DNA of 64,000 nucleotides from Clostridia bacterium (GCA_045537895.1 JAZSQI010000044.1:6307-70306), one strand, 5' to 3'; positions 55,100 to 64,000 are shown, counted from the stretch's first letter. Notes: generated by a model from the sequence alone, not told the origin. Numbers and translations: made by a program.

Positions 55100-55402
55100 A
55101 TGGCAACACGGAGAATACTTACGATTATTATCGCTCTTACATTAGTTTTAGGAATACTGGTCTGCTTGTCAGGATGTTCAAAAACAAAAGAATTTGAACA
55201 TCTGACTGACAATGAATTTGGAGGTCTTGTAGCAATAGCAAGACAAAATAATTTCATTGACGATTATGTGTTTGATCAATATATTTTATATGATCCAGAT
55301 ACTCTCGTAATGTATGTAATGATTTATGGTGCAGATGGGGCGTCTATGTCTATATTATATAATGCAGACGGAACTCCCAAACTTTATAATCCTGAAGAAT
55401 AA
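55100..55402 (+). CDS. Small lipoprotein (100 aa)
   Basis: AGGAGG SD precedes ATG 55100. The signal peptide ends in the lipobox LSGC. Confidence 0.6.
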   Translation: MATRRILTIIIALTLVLGILVCLSGCSKTKEFEHLTDNEFGGLVAIARQNNFIDDYVFDQYILYDPDTLVMYVMIYGADGASMSILYNADGTPKLYNPEE

Positions 55403-55652
55403 GTTAGAACAGGTTTAGCGTAAAATGAATGAGTATATATACTTGTTCATTTTCTTTTTTCTATAAATGAATAATAAATATAAAACACTACTTTATAAAA
55501 GAATAAGTATTTTGTGAGATATATCAAGTAGTTTAAATATACTTGAAAAATTATGTAAAATATGATACAATAAAACATATAATTTATATTATTGAGTTTG
55601 AAAATAATTTTAGAAGGCCAATCCTTTGAGTAATAACAGGAGGAAAAATTAG

Positions 55653-55904
55653 ATGTTGAAGCAAATTAAAACGTGGGAAGAACTGGTTGGTTTAGAAAGT
55701 GAAAATTATAAGCTTGAGGTTACTTTAATGCCACATGGTGGGGGCAGTGCGTGGATTAAACCTAAAGTTGAAACTGAAGAAAACTGTGGCTGTGAACATA
55801 ATGTATATTTATCAACACACACTTTTTACGAAAGCCACTATCAATCTGCAACAAAAACTTTACAAAAGTTTGGTTTTGAAGTAGAATTGGTTAAAGACGT
55901 CTAG
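55653..55904 (+). CDS. Hypothetical small protein (83 aa)
   Basis: CAGGAGG SD, own TTGAAA-N17-TACAAT promoter, and a terminator near 55920-55948. Confidence 0.5.
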   Translation: MLKQIKTWEELVGLESENYKLEVTLMPHGGGSAWIKPKVETEENCGCEHNVYLSTHTFYESHYQSATKTLQKFGFEVELVKDV

Positions 55905-56074
55905 TGAACAAAGCAAACAAAAAGAGAAACGGAAGTTTCTCTTTTTTGTTTTTGCATAACATGATGCTTAAATAGGTTGAGAATTAGAATATAATGTGAT
56001 ATAACATAGTTGATAAAACTATGCTATTTGTGTAAGGGTAGCAATAAAAGTATTAATTTGTCAGGAGGGAGAAT

Positions 56075-56512
56075 ATGGAAAAAAATTATGATTTTTTTAT
56101 AGCTGGAAGAGCTAGAAACAAAGAAAATATACTAAGAATATGTGATTTGTTTGATAAATATAAAGTAACTTATTATTGCTTTTTAAAAAATGAACACGAT
56201 TGGGGCTATGGGAATAAAAATCAAACACCAGAGGAAAAACAACAAGAATTTGAAACATTAGGGTTAAAAAGTGAAATTGTATTAAATATATTTAATGAAG
56301 ACTTAAAAGGAGAATACAACTCAAAAAATTTCTTGCTTGTTTTACCTGCTGGAAAAGCAGCGCATATAGAATCAGGAATTGCATATGGATTAGGCAAAAA
56401 ATGTTATGCTATAGGAGAATATGAAGCAACAGATTCACTATACAATATTTTTGAAGAAATATTTTCAAATGAAGAGGAATTAGAAGAGTTTCTAAAACAA
56501 CGTAGTAAGTAG
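56075..56512 (+). CDS. Nucleoside 2-deoxyribosyltransferase-like protein
   Basis: FFIAGRARN N-terminus and LPAGKAAHIESGIAYGLGKKCYAIG, which is the E.G.A.alGK pattern of the NDT fold. The assignment is tentative. Confidence 0.45.
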   Translation: MEKNYDFFIAGRARNKENILRICDLFDKYKVTYYCFLKNEHDWGYGNKNQTPEEKQQEFETLGLKSEIVLNIFNEDLKGEYNSKNFLLVLPAGKAAHIESGIAYGLGKKCYAIGEYEATDSLYNIFEEIFSNEEELEEFLKQRSK

Positions 56513-56567
56513 GTAAATAACAAGGAAATCTTGTTTTGCAGATGTCTTGTTATATAGGAGATTGAAA

Positions 56568-57161
56568 ATGGAAAAAGTAAAAAAGAGTTCACCAGCTATA
56601 TTCATGTACTGCGTAATTGGTGTTACAGTAATAGTATCTATAATTTGCTTTTGTTTATACTATTTAGATGTATTAAAAAGTAAAGCTGTATTGTGGACTG
56701 GTATAACAGCATTTACGATTATGTATCATTTATGGCTTAGAATAATTATGGGAAATGTTTGTAAGCTTTTTAAAAAGCATTTAACATATGACAAATGGTG
56801 GTTTAAAGAAAGAAGTTTTGAGAAAAAATTATATAAATTATTACGTGTTAAAAAGTGGAAAGATAGAGCATTAACATATAACCCAGAACTTTTTGTAATA
56901 AAAGATTATTCTTTAGAAGAAATTGCAAATACTATGTCAAAAGTAGAAGTAGATCATTGGATTAATGAAATAATTTCTTTATCAACACTTAGTTTTGGTT
57001 TAATTTGGGGTAACTTTTGGATTTTCCTATTAACGGCAATTATAGCTATGCTTTTTGATGCACAATTTATAGTTATTCAAAGATTTAATAGACCAAGAAT
57101 TGTAAAAATAATGGAAATAGAAAAGAAACTTTTTGATAAAAGAAAAAAACAAAATATATAG
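56568..57161 (+). CDS. Membrane protein, glycosyl-4,4'-diaponeurosporenoate acyltransferase (CrtO)-like family
   Basis: AGGAG SD precedes ATG 56568. TM helices flank FEKKLYKLLRVKKWKDRALTYNP ... EVDHWINE. The family call is from memory of the motif and is tentative. Confidence 0.4.
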   Translation: MEKVKKSSPAIFMYCVIGVTVIVSIICFCLYYLDVLKSKAVLWTGITAFTIMYHLWLRIIMGNVCKLFKKHLTYDKWWFKERSFEKKLYKLLRVKKWKDRALTYNPELFVIKDYSLEEIANTMSKVEVDHWINEIISLSTLSFGLIWGNFWIFLLTAIIAMLFDAQFIVIQRFNRPRIVKIMEIEKKLFDKRKKQNI

Positions 57162-57172
57162 GAGGAGAATGT

Positions 57173-57838
57173 ATGAAGCTTTTGTTTGAAGCAGTAATAA
57201 AATATATTTTAGGTGTTGTTATAATAGGTTTAATTTTATTTATACCTGCAGGGACTTTTGAGTTTTGGAATGCATGGCTATTTATGGCATTATTATTTAT
57301 ACCAATGTTTTTTGTGATGATAGTTTTGTGGCTTAAAAATAAAGATTTATTAAGGAAAAGGATTAGCAAAAAAGAAAAAGAGAAAACACAAAAGATAGTT
57401 ATAAATCTTTCATTGTTAATTATTGTAATTAGCTTTATAGTTGCAGGGCTAGATTTTAAGTATGATTTTTCAAGACTTCCAAATTGGGCAGTAATTGTAG
57501 GGTCAATAACTCTTGTTATATCGTATGGGCTATTTATTGAAGTAATGAGAGAAAATACATATTTATCTAAGATAGTAGAAATTCAAGAAAATCAAAAAGT
57601 GGTAGATACAGGACTTTATTCTATAGTTCGTCATCCGATGTATATGGCTACAACTATACTTTATTTAAGCTTCCCTATAGTATTAGGTTCACTATCAGCT
57701 TTTATAATATTATTGCCTTTTCCATTTGTACTTGTAAAAAGAATAAAAAACGAAGAGGACGTGCTTGAAAAAGGATTAGATGGATACAAAGAGTATAAAC
57801 AAAAAGTAAAATATAAAATGATACCATTTATTTGGTAA
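57173..57838 (+). CDS. Isoprenylcysteine carboxyl methyltransferase (ICMT)/phospholipid methyltransferase-family membrane protein
   Basis: Multi-TM protein with TGLYSIVRHPMYMA and EEDVLEKGL..YKEYKQKV motifs. Confidence 0.7.
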   Translation: MKLLFEAVIKYILGVVIIGLILFIPAGTFEFWNAWLFMALLFIPMFFVMIVLWLKNKDLLRKRISKKEKEKTQKIVINLSLLIIVISFIVAGLDFKYDFSRLPNWAVIVGSITLVISYGLFIEVMRENTYLSKIVEIQENQKVVDTGLYSIVRHPMYMATTILYLSFPIVLGSLSAFIILLPFPFVLVKRIKNEEDVLEKGLDGYKEYKQKVKYKMIPFIW

Positions 57839-57850
57839 ATAGGAGAAAAA

Positions 57851-58276
57851 ATGATTTTAGTAAGTGCATGTTTAGCAGGAATTAATTGTAAATATAACGG
57901 GAAAAATAATTATAATGAAAAAATTTTTAAATTAGTAAAAGAGGGAAAAGCTATACCTGTTTGTCCTGAGCAAATGGGTGGACTTACTACTCCAAGATTG
58001 CCTTCAGAAATAAAAATAATAGAAGGCAAAAAAATTGTTGTAAACAGTGAAAACAAAGATGTTACTAAACATTTTGAAAGAGGAGCAATTGAGGTTTTAG
58101 AGTTTGCTAAGAAATTAAATATAAAAAGAGCAATACTAAAATCAAAAAGTCCATCTTGTGGATTAGGAAAAATATATAGTGGTAATTTTGATAACGAATT
58201 AGTTAGTGGGAATGGCATATTGGTAGATTTATTATTAGAAAATGGTATTGAAGTTGTTAGTAGTGAAGATGTCTAA
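57851..58276 (+). CDS. DUF523 (TudS-type 2-thiouracil desulfurase-like) protein
   Basis: ILVSACLAGINCKYNG, PVCPEQ and SPSCG Cys motifs are typical of DUF523. Confidence 0.7.
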   Translation: MILVSACLAGINCKYNGKNNYNEKIFKLVKEGKAIPVCPEQMGGLTTPRLPSEIKIIEGKKIVVNSENKDVTKHFERGAIEVLEFAKKLNIKRAILKSKSPSCGLGKIYSGNFDNELVSGNGILVDLLLENGIEVVSSEDV

Positions 58277-58286
58277 AGGTGAAAAT

Positions 58287-58586
58287 ATGAAAAAATATAG
58301 AGTGATAATATTAATTTTAGTATGTTTGATAGTATTATATATTACTTATGTGACCATAGATTGTATAAGGATTAGAAATTCAAAAACAGGTACAAAACCA
58401 TTTATAACTATATCAGAAAAAAATACAGAAAATAAGATTACATATAATGGTTTAGGCTATCTAGTAACATATTACAAAGATACAAACATAACTATAAAAG
58501 AAAATATTATTCTTGCAGAGCAATTAGGCTACGGAGCAGAGTTTAGATTATTTAGTAAAATATTAATTTGGGCATGGGTAGAATAA
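58287..58586 (+). CDS. Small membrane-anchored or secreted hypothetical protein (99 aa)
   Basis: AAAGGTGA SD precedes ATG 58287. The N-terminal helix is VIILILVCLIVLYITYV. Confidence 0.5.
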   Translation: MKKYRVIILILVCLIVLYITYVTIDCIRIRNSKTGTKPFITISEKNTENKITYNGLGYLVTYYKDTNITIKENIILAEQLGYGAEFRLFSKILIWAWVE

Positions 58587-58616
58587 AAACGGTTATACTA
58601 TATAACCGTTTTTTGT

Positions 58617-59159
58617 TTATTCAGTTTTTTCTGGATCTTCAATTTTACTTGTACAATGTGGGCATCTAGTTGCTTTTAAATCTATTTCAGTTATGCAATA
58701 AGGACATTTCTTTGTTGTAGGGGCTGGTGGTGCAGTTTCTACTTTAGAACGTCTATTGAATGTATAACGTAAAAAGATGAACATAGTAAAAGCAATTATA
58801 ATAAAATCTATTACATTTGATAAAAATACACCGTAATTTAATGTTATAGCTCCAGCTGTTTTAGCTTGTTCTAAAGTAGAAAATTCTCCTTTTCCAAGCA
58901 CTAAAAACATATCTGTATAATTAACTTTTCCTGTTAATTTACTAAGAAGTGGAGTAATAATTTCACTAACTAGTGAGTTAACAATTTTAGTAAAAGCAGT
59001 ACCTATAATAACACCAGTTGCCATATCTACAATATTACCTTTCATTGCAAATTTTTTGAAATCAGACATAACACTTTTTACTTTTTTTACTTCTTCACGA
59101 TTTTCTAGTTTTTCAATTTGCTTTTTTTGTTTTTCTTTTAATTTTTCTATTTTACTCAT
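58617..59159 (-). CDS. mscL: Large-conductance mechanosensitive channel MscL with extra N-terminal Lys/Glu-rich segment and C-terminal zinc-ribbon
   Basis: AGGAGG SD lies 8 nt before the ATG at 59159. The MscL core is FKKFAMKGNIVDMATGVIIGTAFTKIVNSLVSEIITPLL. The C-terminus has CPYC...CPHC. Confidence 0.85.
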   Translation of the reverse strand: MSKIEKLKEKQKKQIEKLENREEVKKVKSVMSDFKKFAMKGNIVDMATGVIIGTAFTKIVNSLVSEIITPLLSKLTGKVNYTDMFLVLGKGEFSTLEQAKTAGAITLNYGVFLSNVIDFIIIAFTMFIFLRYTFNRRSKVETAPPAPTTKKCPYCITEIDLKATRCPHCTSKIEDPEKTE

Positions 59160-59298
59160 TTTTATGCCTCCTAAGTTTAAATAATTATATTACAAAATAT
59201 GACAAAAGGCAAGAAAAAAGATATTTTCTTAAATGCAGCTAATTGAAAATAGTACATTTTGGAGATATAATTAAAACATTCTAAAGGAGATATATAAA

Positions 59299-60342
59299 GT
59301 GGGAAAGTATTTGAATTTAAAAAATAAGCAGGATTACTCAAAATTAAAAAATCCAGCTCTTGTAATAAAACAAGGGGGATTAGTATTATTTCCAACTGAA
59401 ACTGTTTATGGTATTGGAGCAGATGGTTTAAATGAAAAAGCAGTTAAAAAAATATATGTTGCCAAAAACAGAGAAACTGATAATCCTTTAATATTACATA
59501 TATCTGATATGGAAATGTTAGAAATGATAGCAGAAAACATATCAGAGGAGGAATATAAGTTAATGGATGCTTTTTGGCCAGGCCCTTTTACTATAATTTT
59601 AAACAAGAAAAAGGTGGTTCCTGATGTTGTAACTGGTGGGCTTGATACTGTAGCTGTTAGAATGCCATCTAATATAATAGCAAATAAATTAATTAAATAT
59701 GCTGGTACACCTATAGCAGCGCCAAGTGCAAATATATCAGGAAGACCAAGTGGAACATGCATAGAAGATATATATGATGAGCTTTCAAATAAAATGGATT
59801 ATATAATAGATGGTGGAAAGTGCGAAGTAGGAATAGAATCTACAGTTGTTAGAGTTATAGATGGGAAGGTTAATATATTAAGACCTGGTAAAGTGACAAA
59901 AGAAGATATAGATGATGTAATATCAGGAACAAGTATAGATAAACACGTATTTGAGGTTTTAAAAGAAGGAGAGAGTGTATTATCTCCGGGAATGAAATAT
60001 AGACACTATGCTCCAAATAGTAGATGTGTTTTAGTATATAGTAAAAACACTCAAAAAATGTGTGATAAAATAAATGAAATAGCAAGTGGGTATAATAATG
60101 TAACTGTTATTTCTGCAGATGAAAACAAGGAAAAATATATGCCTGCTAACGTTATATGTTATGGTAAAAAGGATGACTTAAATCAAATATCAAAGAATAT
60201 ATTTGGCATTTTAAGAAAAGTAGATAAATTAAATCCTAATCTTGTTATTATAGAAGGGGTAGAAAAAAAGGGAATAGGGCTTGCAATAATGAATAGATTA
60301 ATTAGGGCATGCTCCCATGAATATATAGAAAAAGAAGAGTAA
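59299..60342 (+). CDS. tsaC: L-threonylcarbamoyladenylate synthase, long Sua5/YwlC type
   Basis: GTG start. GGLVLFPTETVYGIGAD, RMPS and SANISGRPS motifs, plus a C-terminal Sua5 domain. Confidence 0.88.
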   Translation: MGKYLNLKNKQDYSKLKNPALVIKQGGLVLFPTETVYGIGADGLNEKAVKKIYVAKNRETDNPLILHISDMEMLEMIAENISEEEYKLMDAFWPGPFTIILNKKKVVPDVVTGGLDTVAVRMPSNIIANKLIKYAGTPIAAPSANISGRPSGTCIEDIYDELSNKMDYIIDGGKCEVGIESTVVRVIDGKVNILRPGKVTKEDIDDVISGTSIDKHVFEVLKEGESVLSPGMKYRHYAPNSRCVLVYSKNTQKMCDKINEIASGYNNVTVISADENKEKYMPANVICYGKKDDLNQISKNIFGILRKVDKLNPNLVIIEGVEKKGIGLAIMNRLIRACSHEYIEKEE

Positions 60343-60358
60343 AAAATTACTCTTCTTT
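60331..60358. terminator. Bidirectional hairpin spanning both convergent stop codons
   Basis: AAAGAAGAGTA (60331-60341) pairs with TACTCTTCTTT (60348-58), an 11-bp perfect stem. Both proteins end in KEE. Confidence 0.55.
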
Positions 60359-61273
60359 TAAATAATACATTCCTTGATATAAATCCTTTTCTCTTAATAT
60401 TTTATCAAGACCATTTATAATCCACTTTTTGTGTAAATTCCATTTGGGAGCAATTAATAAATCTTTTGGCGCATCGCCAGATACACGGTGTATTATTACA
60501 TCCTTATTTATGTGAGTTAAAATATATACTAAATTTTCCAAATAGTAATCAAGAGATATAGGCTTATATAAATTTTCATTATACATATCAGCAAGTTTAG
60601 TATTTTTTACAACATATGTAGAATGTATTTTTAATCCCTTGATATCATGCTTGTTTATAAAATTAACAGTATTTTTAATATCCTCTTTGGTTTCATTAGG
60701 TAATCCTATCATTACGTGTGTAACTACATCAATAGAATATTTATTTAGCAACTTTACAGCATTTGAAAAATCTTTAGATGTATAACCTCTATTTAATATC
60801 GAGCCTGTTTTATCATTAGAAGTTTGAAGACCTAATTCAACCCATACGTAATATTTATCACTGTAACTTTTTAGGAGCTTTATAATATCTTCATTTATGC
60901 AATCTGGCCTAGTAGATATTGCTATAGCTACAATTCTATCATCTATTAGAGCAGAATCATATTTTTCTTTTAAATTTCTAATATTATCATAGGTATTAGT
61001 AAAATTTTGAAAATATGCGATAAATTTATTTGCTCTAGTAGCTTTATATGAATTAAAATAATTCTTTACTTGCATATTTATGCTGTTTTTTTGTATATGT
61101 TCACCAGAGCCTTTTTCAGAGCAGAATATGCATCCACCAATACCTTTTGTTCCATCTCTATTCGGACAAGTAAAATTACCATCAATACATATTTTTAATG
61201 TTCTTTCGCCAAATTTTTGTTTTAAAAATTCATTTAAATGATTATATCTAACTATATTTTCCATAACGTTCAA
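60347..61273 (-). CDS. Radical SAM protein, TIGR01212 (YhcC-like) family
   Basis: CPNRDGTKGIGGCIFCS radical-SAM cluster motif near the N-terminus. Length 308 aa. Confidence 0.8.
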   Translation of the reverse strand: MNVMENIVRYNHLNEFLKQKFGERTLKICIDGNFTCPNRDGTKGIGGCIFCSEKGSGEHIQKNSINMQVKNYFNSYKATRANKFIAYFQNFTNTYDNIRNLKEKYDSALIDDRIVAIAISTRPDCINEDIIKLLKSYSDKYYVWVELGLQTSNDKTGSILNRGYTSKDFSNAVKLLNKYSIDVVTHVMIGLPNETKEDIKNTVNFINKHDIKGLKIHSTYVVKNTKLADMYNENLYKPISLDYYLENLVYILTHINKDVIIHRVSGDAPKDLLIAPKWNLHKKWIINGLDKILREKDLYQGMYYLKEE

Positions 61274-61421
61274 AGTATATCAAAAAATATCATAAAAGGC
61301 AATTAATTAAATTAAATAGATAGCTAATTTATCTATATGTTTTATGAAATATTTTTGTAATATACTTGAAATATTTGCTGTTTCAATATATAATCTAACT
61401 GTATAATTATAGGAGGAACAT

Positions 61422-61670
61422 ATGAAGAATTTTTTAAGAGTAATGATAATTTTTATGGGGATTGTTTTAGGAAGTTATTTAGGAGAGTTAGCACTTAATG
61501 TGTCATGGCTTAAGTTTTTATCTTTTGGTAAAAATATAGGTTTAGCAAATCCTGTATCTTTAGATCTAGGATTTATTGAATTGACATTTGGATTTATGTG
61601 TAAATTAAATCTAGCAAGTATATTAGGATTTATAATAGCTCTTTTCGTAATTAAGAAGGCAGTAAAATAA
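61422..61670 (+). CDS. Small membrane protein (DUF4321-like)
   Basis: AGGAGG SD and two hydrophobic helices. Its position just upstream of radC-mreBC is typical for this small protein in Clostridia, as I remember it. Confidence 0.55.
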   Translation: MKNFLRVMIIFMGIVLGSYLGELALNVSWLKFLSFGKNIGLANPVSLDLGFIELTFGFMCKLNLASILGFIIALFVIKKAVK

Positions 61671-61694
61671 TAAATAATGATAACAAGACCATAT

Positions 61695-62413
61695 ATGATT
61701 TAAAAATAAAAGACACACCAATAGAGGACAGGCCATATGAAAGACTTCAGTTATATGGTGCTGAATCTCTTACTGATTCAGAGCTTTTAGCAATTATAAT
61801 AAAAAGTGGAACTAAAGAAGCAAATTCATTAAAACTTGCTCAGAAATTACTTAGTGAAAATAGTAGTGGACTGTCTAGCTTTAAATATTTAGACAATATT
61901 TCTATTGAACAATTAAAATCTTTTAAGGGAATAGGCACAGTAAAAGCTATTCAAATAAAAGCAGTAATAGAGATAGCAAAAAGAATATCAAAAGTTCCAA
62001 AAGAAAAAGTGAGTAGAATTAATTGTCCAAAAGACGTATATAATTTGCTTAGCAAAGAGATGGAAGATAAAAATGTAGAGATGTTAAAAACAATAATTTT
62101 AAATAATAAAAATATTGTAAAATCTGTTGTTACAGTATCAATTGGAGCACAAAGTAAGGCAGTTATAGGGTTAAAAGAAATATTATTTGAACCTTTGAAA
62201 CAAATGGCTTCAAGTATTATAATAGTGCATAATCATCCAAGTGGAGAATCATCTCCAAGCAGGCAAGATATAGCTTTTACAAAGAAGATTTTAGATGGTA
62301 TAAAAGTATTTGATATTGAACTTTTAGATCATATTGTAATAGGGAAAAATGAGTATACAAGTATTAAAGAAACAAATAGTAGTATTTTTAATGAGGGGAG
62401 AAGAATATTATGA
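61695..62413 (+). CDS. radC: RadC-family JAB/MPN protein; apparent one-base frame break right after the ATG
   Basis: The full RadC pattern is read in one frame from 61700: KIKDTPIEDRPYERL, LTDSELLAIIIKSG, FKGIGTVKAIQIKA and the JAB motif HNHPSGESSPSRQD. The only nearby ATGs (61677, 61695) are in another frame, so the ORF track reports only the GTG-initiated 62009..62413 part. Confidence 0.75.
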
Positions 62414-63426
62414 GCATTTTGGCAAAAGATATAGGTATAGACTTAGGAACATCTATGACTAGAATATACATAAAAGGAAGAGGAATTGTTCTTAGAGAAC
62501 CATCAGTTGTAGCTATTAATTCTATAACAGATGAAGTTTTAGCAGTAGGAGATATGGCAAAGGAAATGATGGGAAGAACGCCAGATAATATATCAGCCCT
62601 AAAACCACTTAAGGGTGGAGTTATTGCCAACCTATATTCTACTAAAATGATGCTAGAACAATTTATTTCTAAAGTTACTGAGAAAACATTTTTTAGTAAG
62701 CCAAGAGTTGTTGTTTGTGTTCCAGCTGGTGTAACAGATGTTGAAGAAAGAGCCGTAGAAGAGGTTGTATATTCTTCAGGTGCAAAAGAAGTATATGTTA
62801 TGGAAGAGGCAATGGCAGCTGCTATAGGTGCTGGTCTTAAAGTTGATGGGCCAGAAGGTGCTATGATTGTTGATATTGGAGGAGGAACTACAGAAGTTGC
62901 TGTTATTTCACTTGGAGGCATTGTTTCTTCACGTTCAGTAAGACTTGCTGGAGACGATATAGATAAAGATATAGTTGAGTATATAAAAAATAAAAGAAAT
63001 GTTGTAATTGGTGAAGCTGCAGCAGAAGAATTAAAAAATACTATTGGAGCTGCATATTCATCTATGACTGAGGAAAGAATGCAAATTAAGGGAAGAGAAC
63101 TTACAACAGGACTTCCTGCAACAATAACAGTTTGTACATCTGAAGTTCAAGAGGCTATGCAAAGAGTAATTGAAGAAATATTAAAAACAATAAATGAGGC
63201 ATTGGAAAGAACGCCACCTGAGCTTGCAGCAGATATAATGGAAAAAGGTATAGTATTATCTGGTGGAGGAGCTTATATAAAAAACATAGATAGATATATA
63301 AATAGTATAATTGGTATACCTGTACATATTGCTGATAATCCTGTTGATTGTGTTATTAGAGGAACAGGGATTGCGCTAAATAATATTGAGGTTCTAAAAA
63401 AAGCAACTAAAAAAAGAAGAAAATAA
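62410..63426 (+). CDS. mreB: Rod shape-determining protein MreB
   Basis: DIGIDLGTSMTRIY, VVCVPAGVTDVEERA, DIGGGTTEVAVISLGG and VLSGGGA actin-fold motifs. It overlaps the radC stop by 4 nt. Confidence 0.96.
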   Translation: MSILAKDIGIDLGTSMTRIYIKGRGIVLREPSVVAINSITDEVLAVGDMAKEMMGRTPDNISALKPLKGGVIANLYSTKMMLEQFISKVTEKTFFSKPRVVVCVPAGVTDVEERAVEEVVYSSGAKEVYVMEEAMAAAIGAGLKVDGPEGAMIVDIGGGTTEVAVISLGGIVSSRSVRLAGDDIDKDIVEYIKNKRNVVIGEAAAEELKNTIGAAYSSMTEERMQIKGRELTTGLPATITVCTSEVQEAMQRVIEEILKTINEALERTPPELAADIMEKGIVLSGGGAYIKNIDRYINSIIGIPVHIADNPVDCVIRGTGIALNNIEVLKKATKKRRK

Positions 63427-63501
63427 TATTAGGTATTCTGGGCATATTTGTGCTCAGAATTTCTGTCAAATTGTAATTTCTACATGATTTAAGGTGATAT
63501 A

Positions 63502-64000
63502 ATGGATTATTTTAAAGCATATAACAATAAAAAAAAGAAAAAAAACAAATTTATTAAGTTTGTTTGGCTTGCTGTTATAATAGCGTTATTAGTATTTTTT
63601 AGCAAAGTTAAAATACCTGGAATTTCAAATGTTGCAGGATTTATTACTTCATCTATAACAGATGTTGCACAGGGAATTGGTGGAGTAATGGGTAGTGGCT
63701 TTAAATATTTCGGAAATACTAAAAAACTAAAAGCAGAAAATGAAAAACTGCAAGGAAAAATAGATGATTTAGAATATAAATTGCTTGAGATGGATGTTTT
63801 AGAAAAAGATAATGATAGTCTTAGAGACAAGTTAGAAATAAAAGATAGATATAATCATTTTAAGTTAATATATGCTGATATTGTGATTAAAAATTATGAT
63901 AATTTTGATGAAACTTTTGTTATAAATAAAGGAAGTAATGATGGCATAAAAGAAAAGCAAACTGTAATAACAAAAGATGGACTTTTAGGGTATATCTCAA
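63502..64000 (+). CDS. mreC: Rod shape-determining protein MreC (5' part; continues beyond the window)
   Basis: AAGGTGA SD. The frame is open to the window end and is not in the ORF track. It has an N-terminal TM helix, the coiled coil LKAENEKLQGKIDDLEYKLLE, and then INKGSNDGIKEKQTVITKDGLLGYIS. Confidence 0.8.
   Translation, partial: MDYFKAYNNKKKKKNKFIKFVWLAVIIALLVFFSKVKIPGISNVAGFITSSITDVAQGIGGVMGSGFKYFGNTKKLKAENEKLQGKIDDLEYKLLEMDVLEKDNDSLRDKLEIKDRYNHFKLIYADIVIKNYDNFDETFVINKGSNDGIKEKQTVITKDGLLGYIS

Overview
Very AT-rich chromosomal segment from a spore-forming, Clostridia-type Firmicute. Recognisable core genes include rpsO, topB, smc, mrnC, spoIIE, dusB, mazF/ndoA, rumA, mscL, radC, mreB and mreC. 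I count about 75 protein genes and two solitary tRNAs, Glu-CUC and Arg-UCU. I found no rRNA, CRISPR array, transposase or integrase. Most genes are single units with readable SD sites, sigma-A-like promoters and hairpin terminators. Items worth a second look, in rough order of interest: (1) The ORF-free 1.2-kb gap where pnp normally follows rpsO holds two head-to-tail promoter-to-terminator units of about 450-510 nt. They share conserved single-stranded blocks, compensatory hairpins and GC-only terminators, which suggests a pair of large structured ncRNAs that I cannot assign to a known family. (2) An unannotated type I toxin-antitoxin-like module lies at 18.0-18.3 kb. It combines a 27-aa hydrophobic peptide whose SD sits inside a 5' hairpin with a convergent sRNA that can pair with 20 of 21 nt across its start region. 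(3) A two-gene module is duplicated in tandem: a dockerin-tagged GH73 peptidoglycan hydrolase plus a membrane-anchored cadherin-like protein with a possible cohesin-like head. (4) Imperfect direct repeats bracket a 2.2-kb cassette just 3' of rumA and lead into an integrase-less patchwork of small enzyme genes (49-58.6 kb). Smaller observations include a solitary MazF, an orphan HicB, one-base frame problems at the 5' ends of ttcA and radC, a REC/pseudo-kinase fusion, tandem paralog families, Cys/Gly-rich sporulation-type micro-ORFs, and an MscL with extensions at both ends. All calls come from reading the sequence and from remembered family motifs. No database search was run.
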